Shown piece after piece: positions 56,198-64,000 of a DNA stretch of 64,000 nucleotides. The notes beneath the pieces were generated by a model. That model was given only the letters and a program-made list of their open reading frames with translations, was not told the origin of the DNA and did not search any database. The stretch's first letter is position 1. Each line of letters begins with the position of its first letter. This DNA comes from Chlorokybus atmophyticus (Eukaryota; Plantae; Mesostigma and Chlorokybus algae): the NCBI GenBank assembly GCA_009103225.1, contig RHPI01000671.1:402100-466099 (forward strand), in the 5' to 3' direction. A program made the position numbers and the translations under genes.

Positions 56198-59100
56198 CAT
56201 GGAGGCCTCAGCGCCAACACATCCCCTCGACATGCTGACTCCAGCGGAGATCTCTGCTGCCATTGCAGCGTTTCGAACCTCAGACTACAACAGTGAGGTA
56301 CATATGTCCTTTGACTGATGCTGTGAGCACAGCTTGAATAGCAAGCAATGCAGGTGCTATCAGGATGCATGCCAGCAAGATCTGCTGCAGAGGCCCTTTT
56401 TTGTGCGTATTGACATGTTGTTCTTACACACAGGGTGTATTCTTCTCTGAGATTATGCTCGAGGACCCTCCAAAGGAAGTGGTCGGTGAGGCGGATGCCC
56501 GATTGATGTCAGCCAAGCTGCAGGGCCGTCCTGCGGAGTTATATGTTCCTGTGCGGCGAGCGCGCTTGACAGTTTACAATAAGCTTATCAACCAGACTGT
56601 CGTGGCCATTGCGCGCATTACCTGGGAGGCGTTGAACGCTCACGCACTGATTGAGTCCGCCCAAGTCATCCCCAATGTACAGCCTCCAATGGTAAGTGCA
56701 AGCGTTTGGCAGCTGTTTTGCGCACACGGTTTAAACACATTGACATGGTTGTCATGCCGCAGGATGCTGAGGAGTACCCTCTTATCGAAAGCATCGTGAA
56801 GATGTATCCTCCTTTCCAAGAAGCCATGAATCGCCGAGGCATTACAGACATGGCAAACGTGATGGTCGACCCATGGTACTCGATCTACGACGCCTGTTGC
56901 TAGTTTGACTGCTTGAGTGTGCCGGATAACTCTGAACTCCAACTGTTTATTATAGGTGCATGGGCTATTTCACACCCGATGACGGACCTGCCCGGCGCAA
57001 GGCTTGGTAAGTTAAACAATGATGCATGCATGCAGCTACTGTAGCTGGGTTGGTGCTGTAATCATGACGGTTTAGCCTTGAGCATGATGTTATTTGTTGT
57101 GCTGCAGGGCGCTTCTCTTCCTTCGCCGGCCAGGCACTCCAAGTGACAATGGCTATGCGTGTCCCATCGAAGGGGTTCACGTCACTGTAGACCTGCAGGA
57201 CATGAAGGTGTGGCAGTTGTTGAGCCAGCTAAATGTTCTGTCATGAGATCACCTGCCTCACAGCAAGGGTTGCGCGCAGGTCATACGCTTTGAAGACAAA
57301 GAGCTGGTCTCACTGCCGCCACCGGACCCGCTGAGAAACTTCTGGTTGGGTGATCGCCCGCTGAGGACGGATGTGAAGCCGATCGTGATCAGGCGAGTGC
57401 GGTTTCTCCTTGCATTTATGTTTATTGAAGCACTCCATTCGGCATCAGCATTGCGGTTGATGTGTTGGGTGCCCTACTGAGCCTCTCAACACCTTGGTTT
57501 ACCTTGAGCTTAACATAATGGAATTTCTGTTTGCAGCCAACCGCGTGGGCCTAGCTATCATGTTAATGGCAACTATGTGGAATGGCAGAAGGTATGTTCC
57601 CACTTCAATGCGCCATTGTGTTACCATTATGACTGGGGAGGTTGACCGTGCATGCTTTCCTGCCTCTCTCTGCCCGTAAGACTTGACAGCCTCATGCCGC
57701 GCAGTGGAGTTTCCGAGTTGGTTTCACACCCAAAGAAGGGCTGGTGCTGTATTCTCTAGCCTATGACGATGACGAGCGAGGGCGCAGGTCTATTGCCCAC
57801 CGTCTTTCATTTGTGGAGATGGTTGTTCCTTACGGGGATCCTGAGGTACATCACGGTGGATGACGCTTGCAATGGCTGTGACGGCCTTCTCACCTATGTA
57901 GCTCACTGTGTTTATTGACCTGTCACAGCACCCTCATTATCGCAAGAATGCGTTTGATGCTGGGGAAGATGGCCTGGGCAAAAACGCTCATAGCCTCAAG
58001 CTCGGCTGTGATTGCTTGGGCGTCATTCACTACTTTGACGCGCATCTGTCCGACTACTATGGCAATGTGCGCACCATTGAAAACGCTGTCTGTTTACATG
58101 AAGAAGACAACGGCATCCTCTGGAAGCACATGGTACGCACTTTGGCATTCATGTAGTATGATTCTTCTTGTTGTTGTCTACTTTCAGCAGGCTGCAAAAT
58201 GTCATGGCCATACTTACACTTATGAGCAGGACTGGCGTACGGCGCTGACGGATGTGCGTAGGGCACGGCGCCTGGTCATATCTTTTATCTGTACAATCGC
58301 AAACTACGAATACGGGTTTTTCTGGTACCTCAACCAGGTGATTGTCTCAACAGGTTGAATCATTGATGGGCTGTTCTTCCTGTGACTGTTATGCTTACAC
58401 CTGCTCTCTGTTACAGGATGGCACAGTAAACGCTGAAGTGAAGTTAACTGGCGTGCTGAGCATTGGTGCGATTCGTCCTGGAGAAACCCGCAAATACGGC
58501 TCTAGGATTGCCGAGGGGTTGTATGCACCGGTGCATCAGCACTTCTTTGTTGCGCGACTGGACATGGCTATAGACAGCAACCGCAGTGGGGACTACGCCC
58601 GCGGGCACAACTCTGTTGTGGAGGTGAACGTGGAGACCGAGTCGCCAGGCCCTCACAACCCACACGGTACAGTGCACGCAGACTATTTTGCTATATTGGT
58701 TGTGTTGCCTCTTAAGCATGGCTGATATCACACCGCGTTGCAGCGAATGCGTTCTTTGCCACGGAGACTTTGCTGAAGACTGAGTTGGAGGCTATTCGTG
58801 ACTGCAACCCAGCATCTGTGCGCTTCTGGGAGGTATGTCTCGTGCGTGTGGCCTCTTGTGTATTTTAGCACATTACATTGTGTGGTGTAATGCGTACACA
58901 CTGGCGTACCAGAGCCCTAGTGAGCTGTTTTGTGCGATTGTTAGCTGCACGAGTGAGGTTGGGCATATCATTGGCGCTTCTCACATTGACATAACCACAT
59001 GCATGTCGACAGGTGCGCAACACGCACGCCAAAAATCGTGTCGGGCACGCCACAGGTTGGCGCTTGCTCCCGGGCTCCAACTGCCTGCCTTTTGGTTCAC

Positions 59101-59444
59101 CGGACGCCAAGGTGTTCCGTCGCGCGGCGTTCCTCTCTCACAACTTGTGGGTGACTCGCTACCATCCTGACGAGAAGTTCCCCGGTGGCGACTTTCCCAA
59201 CCAGTGTGAAGCCATTGGGGACGGGCTGCCCACCTGGACGAAACAGAACCGTGATCTTGTGGACACTGATGTGGTGTTGTGGTACGTATTTGGCATCACA
59301 CACGTGCCACGCCTCGAAGACTGGCCCGTCATGCCAGTAGACAGGATCGGCTTCACGCTCATGCCGCACGGGTTCTTTGACAACTCCCCTGCAATTGACG
59401 TGCCCCCGGGCAACGCTTCCAGCTGTCATCAGTCCAAGCTGTGA
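56198..59444 (+). CDS. Peroxisomal copper-containing (TPQ) primary amine oxidase, CuAO-zeta-like
   Basis: [11 protein letters not shown]...; [11 protein letters not shown]; [26 protein letters not shown]; active-site [11 protein letters not shown] (TPQ tyrosine); Cu ligands PVHQHFF and [15 protein letters not shown]; C-terminal SKL peroxisomal signal. About 14 exons. Confidence 0.96.
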
Positions 59445-60424
59445 TGGATCTACTGCAAGCAGCACTACTTCAAGGCAGCATGCTGAGTGGTAGGAGTTGG
59501 AGTGTGAGTACTATGAGACGCTGAACTGCTCTTGCGCCAGATCAGCAATGCATGTTTGTGGGTTTTGCATTCACCTGTCGATCTAGTATTTAGTCGAAGT
59601 TGTTTTGCTATTTGCAAGGTCTGTAGAACAGGGCTCTGCTCGCAGCGTCTGTAGCACTGGCTGAAACTGCTATATTTTGTTGCCACGTTTAACAGTGCAG
59701 AGTGCATCGACCAGGTTTTCTGTCAAGCTACCATTGCATACAAGTGCAGTAAACTCGTGTGCGTCGCATGTAAAGCAAAGAAAATTCTCAGACAGACGAC
59801 TTTGAACCAGAGCCTGAGTGAGACTGCTGCGTTTAGCTTCTGAAGTCACCACTACCGCTTGCGTCAAGGGTCTGGATCAGTGACTGTGCGCATGGCAGAG
59901 CAGGGCCAATGGTGCAGGTATTGCGACATCTGTTACCCTGGCAACGGTTACATTTGGCAGGCTCGGCTGGTAATATTCAGCAAACCTGCCGCATATATGG
60001 CTGTGGTGTGGAGGGTAATACATGCTTGGGCCACGCCAGCGCAGGAGTGCACAGTGCGGTATGTGGCTGTGCATAGTTCGCATTGCTGCACACTACAATG
60101 TGCGCGGGCATGAACAGCGGTGTGCGGGACTAGGCTTTGCAACAGTTCCAGTTCCGGATGCCGTGCATATGCGAACAACATGTAGCATACGGGGGGCAAG
60201 CCAGTAAGAGACTAGGGCTACCCAGCTGCAACCCTACTGGCATACAGATATTTAAAAGAACTCAAACCAGTAGACTGAGCCAGGGCATACCTTATGTACA
60301 GACTGTGGAGTACTGATAAGGTAGTATACCATAGTACGGTTGCAGCAAGCATTCTATGCATCGCGTCCGACAAACCATACACACGACAACCATGCTGCAA
60401 CAATGCAGGAAAATCGACATTTGC

Positions 60425-62786
60425 TTATGATTGTTTTGTCACCGACCCTTGTGTAACTTGTCGATTGTATGCCGTTTGCTGCGTGCTCCTCGTGTCACGC
60501 AAACTGCGAGCCACTGCAACCTGGCGTTGCCTCTTTCTGCGCCAGGCTCTGTACCACCTGCAGAAAGACACACACAGTGTTCATTGATACGCAGTCCTTG
60601 TCTTGCGTATTGGGTTGAGAACCCAATACGCAAGACACCCAACATGCACGCATGCACATACAGGCGCACACAGGCGCTTTCTTCCACCACAAGGAACACA
60701 GCACCAACAGATTTAACATGTTGACCTTACATGTAACTACAACATGCGCAAAATAACTCAGAGACAAGTACAGCGTGCTTGCCTGAGAGTCACAATCGGG
60801 CCGACAGCCACTGCTGCCGCCAGGCCCGCTTGTTGCAGCCATGCCAGTTGTTGGCTGGATTGGCCTTCTTTCCCGCTCGGCCGTTTACCACTGCTGCTTT
60901 CCCGACCGCTGTCCCGCTTGTCGTCCACATACATGTGCGGATCCACGCCGCCGTTGTAGCAGTCTCCACTTTGTTGCGTGACCGCAAAGCCCGCCAGCTG
61001 GCACAGCTCGGACCGCGTACTGGCCAAAGCACTCAGCTTTGAACACACCAAGTCCTGGTTGATGCACGGGCGAAGTAGCTGCAGAAACAACAAAGAATCA
61101 TTATCATGACAATCATACTATGTACATCATGCCAGCGTACTATGGAGCGACTGCAACTAAACAATGGAGTGCGACCTCATGAACACAACAACACATTGCA
61201 AGTAGCAACTTGCAACCATTGCCTTGGCAAATGACGTGCAGGACACACATGTGTGCATGCGTGTGCCCGCGCGTGCTTAAACGCTTGTATTATACGCTTT
61301 GCAAAAGGTGCAGGACACACACGTGCAGTTGCGCATGCGCGTGTGTGCATGGTTGGGTGCACACGCGCTTGTGCGTGTCCTTGTCTGTGTGCGCGTGTTT
61401 TGGACGCTTGTTTTGTGCTTGCTTTCAACACGAGGTCACAAGTGTTTGAAGGCATACGCTACCAGCTATAACGCACCCCGTTGACGGTATCCACAGTGAA
61501 GAAGTTTTCCGCGCAAGCCCTGAACAGGCGTCCGCAGAAGCCTTCGCACACGCCGTGCGACGGATCCGTGCCCAAGCGAGGATCGCACACTGCGCACTCG
61601 AGCGCACTCCACTCCTAACGTAACGCAACACTCATCACAACAGTGTTGCATAGCGCACACAGCAACAACTGGAGATGTTGCTACTATAATAAAAGCTCAC
61701 CTGCCAGCAATCTGGCGACAGCTCCCCGCGCGCGTTGGCCAGCAGTCGCCTGATGACATCAGTCTGTGCTCGTCCGCAGCACGTGCGATGGCGGTGGCCA
61801 TGGCAGAATGTTAGGTCTGACGCCCGGCCCGGTGTTGATCTGTTGCAGGTATGTTGTTATGTGGTACCACGTGATGAGATACAACGAGTGCATAATGAAT
61901 TGCAAGTGGTGCATAGTCAGACATAGCATCAATCCACACTGGTTCAAGTATTTACGTGCATTGTTGTGGTGGTGATTCGGATGGCTTTGTGTATGTGGCA
62001 TGTACGCATTGACAGATGCCTGGGGCTGGAGTCTGGTTTTCACAATGATACAACTGTCTGATGTGTTTACACGATAAACATGTACGAGTGAGTCACAATT
62101 GACAATATGACTCTGTCGTGCAAGTTTATCGTGTAAATCATTGATAGCGCATGTTGAGATATGGAACTTGTTGCATAGTTTTTGGAACAGGTCGTCGTAT
62201 AGCGCCAATGCTTACGTGACATTGTCTAACTGCACCATAGTAGGCACTGGAGTCAAGAAGGCGAAACACGCATGCATTGTACTCAACTGACAAGGCATAA
62301 CAAACGAACAACAGCAAGTAAGGAACCGTTGCCTGCTTGTACTGCCAACAGCAGCAACCAAACAGACATCCAATGCAGGAACTCTTCTCTCATTTGCATT
62401 TGCAGGGCGGTGCACTTGCTCGACTTGTAAAATGGTTGGTGCAGACATGTGTCAGCGTGTAAGCACGCTGACACACGATGAGCGCACCTGGTAAAGGGTA
62501 GCCTCCCAGCGACCGACTTGAGGCACTGCTGTTGCGCAGGCGGCGGAGGCGGAGACGGAGAAGCATGATCAGGCGGTTGTGCATGTGAAGAGACGCTGTC
62601 ATCTGCAAGGGCGGTGTACAAGCAGGCCAGCAAGAGAAGCAGCGACGGAGCTGCGGTGGCTACTGCAGCTGCGGCGGCGGCAGAGGGAGAGGAGGAGCCT
62701 GCTGCGGCAAAGGTGGCCCACCCCGCTGCCGCCGACGCCCCAGCCATGCTGGGCTGCTTGGGTGGGCGCGGGCGTGCATGCGCCAT
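60425..62786 (-). CDS. Folate receptor family (Folate_rec/FZ-like Cys-rich) membrane-anchored protein
   Basis: Signal/hydrophobic N-terminus...QQCLKSVAGRLPFTR|STPGRASDLTFCHGHRHRTCCGRAQTD...LSPDCWQ|EWSALECAVCDPRLG...VCEGFCGRLFRACAENFF..|LLRPCINQDLVCSKL...ELCQLAGFAV...LAAAVAVGPIVTLR|WYRAWRRKRQRQ...*. The Cys spacing matches the plant folate-receptor-family proteins. Confidence 0.85.
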
Positions 62787-62936
62787 GGTTGCAAGCGCCC
62801 AGCTGTGCCTCATAGCGAGGGCGAGGAGGACTGGATGTTGGACTGAGTCTCAGCATGACATTGGGGAATTTGCAAGCATGCTAGGTTGATGGAGGTTGCT
62901 CATTTCATTTGCTGCCAGCAAGTTGCTGGTGTTTCT

Positions 62937-63145
62937 GTGTGTGGCGATCTATGAACCTCCACTTTGGACTTTGCTATCACGGATATGTGACGTTCACTCT
63001 GCAACTGCTTTTATGCCTTGATAAGTTGTGTTGAGTCGTGTGTGGCGACTATGAACCTCCGCTTTGAACTTTGCTATCACGGGTCTTTTACCTTCACTCA
63101 GCAACTGCTTTAATGCTTATTGCATTTTATAAGATGCGTTGAGTT
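62937..63145. repeat. Imperfect tandem repeat, 2 copies of about 101 bp
   Basis: gtggcga(t)ctatgaacctcc.ctttg.actttgctatcacgg...gcaactgcttt.atgc...ttgagt starts at 62941 and again at 63042. Confidence 0.9.
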
Positions 63146-63291
63146 TGGAAACCATCAAATCGAGAGAATAATCTCAGCAATACAATGTCAAGATAGTTTA
63201 AAAACACGAAACGCTTGACATCCAAACATCACATGTCATGCACTTTGCTGGGTATTAAGGTTAACCATCAAATAGCGCATACACATGCGTA

Positions 63292-63324
63292 TAAGATAGA
63301 TAAAGATAGATAGATAGATAGATA
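63292..63324. repeat. (GATA)n microsatellite in AT-rich terminal region
   Basis: Directly visible. Confidence 0.9.
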
Positions 63325-64000
63325 AGGATTATGAAGAGTGCTTACGAAAACATTATTAAACAAAATTATAAATAAAGCATGATACAAGCGCTCGCATACT
63401 CACACAAATGCGCACACAATTCCAACTTAAAGCAGACTTGCATGTGGCCACCGTGACACATGTCGTGATGTCAGGATACATACAAGACTCACATCCGAGC
63501 TGCACAAAGCTGTGACACTTGCGACTTAATTACTAAGCCCTGCTTGTAAATCTCGCTACTTTTTGCAAATGAACATAGCACTTATGTAGCCTCATTAGAT
63601 CTATGTTATAAAGGTAGACTTGCAAACAGACACACAACAAATACGCGCACGTACGTATGTGCCACAACAGCTACAAACGAGGACGACTCAATGCCATACC
63701 ATGTACACATGCGCGCGCATACCGTTAAACAAACTTCATGTAATATTATATCCAACCACGCGCGCATGCGAGACACATACACAAGAGCCGTTCATAAGCT
63801 GCGTTGTAATTGTTTTTGTAATATTGCGTCTGTGCATTGCACGATCATCATTGTTTGCCTTTAAGCAAGTCTTTCATCACCACATGCTCATATGTTATCC
63901 CGTAACAATGAGCAGCATACTTAGCAATTACATTGCAGGTTGCACTTAAAAATAAACACACATATTACCCGCGATAATATTGTGCAACAGCAATCGCACA

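Noticed and set aside
61759-62208. 149-aa ORF (ALYDDLFQKLCNKF...) nested in the folate-receptor intron
   Set aside because: It has no ATG context or recognisable domain, overlaps the intronic hairpin, and runs into a true exon in the wrong frame.

Overview
This is eukaryotic, gene-dense, intron-rich DNA. The genes are plant-like and the introns are full of CA/GC/CT microsatellites, so it is most likely a green alga, possibly an early-diverging streptophyte (inference). The six-frame ORF track is mostly fragments and microsatellite noise, so genes were rebuilt by hand from exons joined at GT-AG or GC-AG sites. About 17 spliced genes are supported. In order: a Sib/integrin-beta-like secreted adhesin with a Ser-Pro stalk (runs off the left edge), a Hesperin/CCR4-nocturnin-like EEP hydrolase, THOC3/TEX1, an orphan, a CDPK, organellar TrmL, a small membrane orphan, NEDD1, cyanase, a YfiM/VanZ-like small membrane protein, an SP-RING SUMO ligase with a C-terminal ComEA-type HhH domain, an orphan, a NUDT15/NUDX1-like Nudix hydrolase, RPF1 and EMG1 head-to-head, an AAAP amino-acid transporter facing away from a peroxisomal copper amine oxidase, and a folate-receptor-family protein. 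No rRNA, tRNA, CRISPR array or intact transposon was recognised. The main leads are: (1) an intronless, frameshifted remnant resembling giant-virus (NCLDV) hypothetical proteins, with a perfect 17-bp hairpin inside it (50444-50911); (2) a probable bicistronic YfiM-like + SUMO-ligase transcript; (3) the SP-RING + HhH domain fusion; (4) the Sib-adhesin/HRGP hybrid; (5) a duplicated splice acceptor that could truncate the CDPK; (6) four frame-forced GC-AG introns. Family assignments come from motifs recognised from memory; no database search was run.
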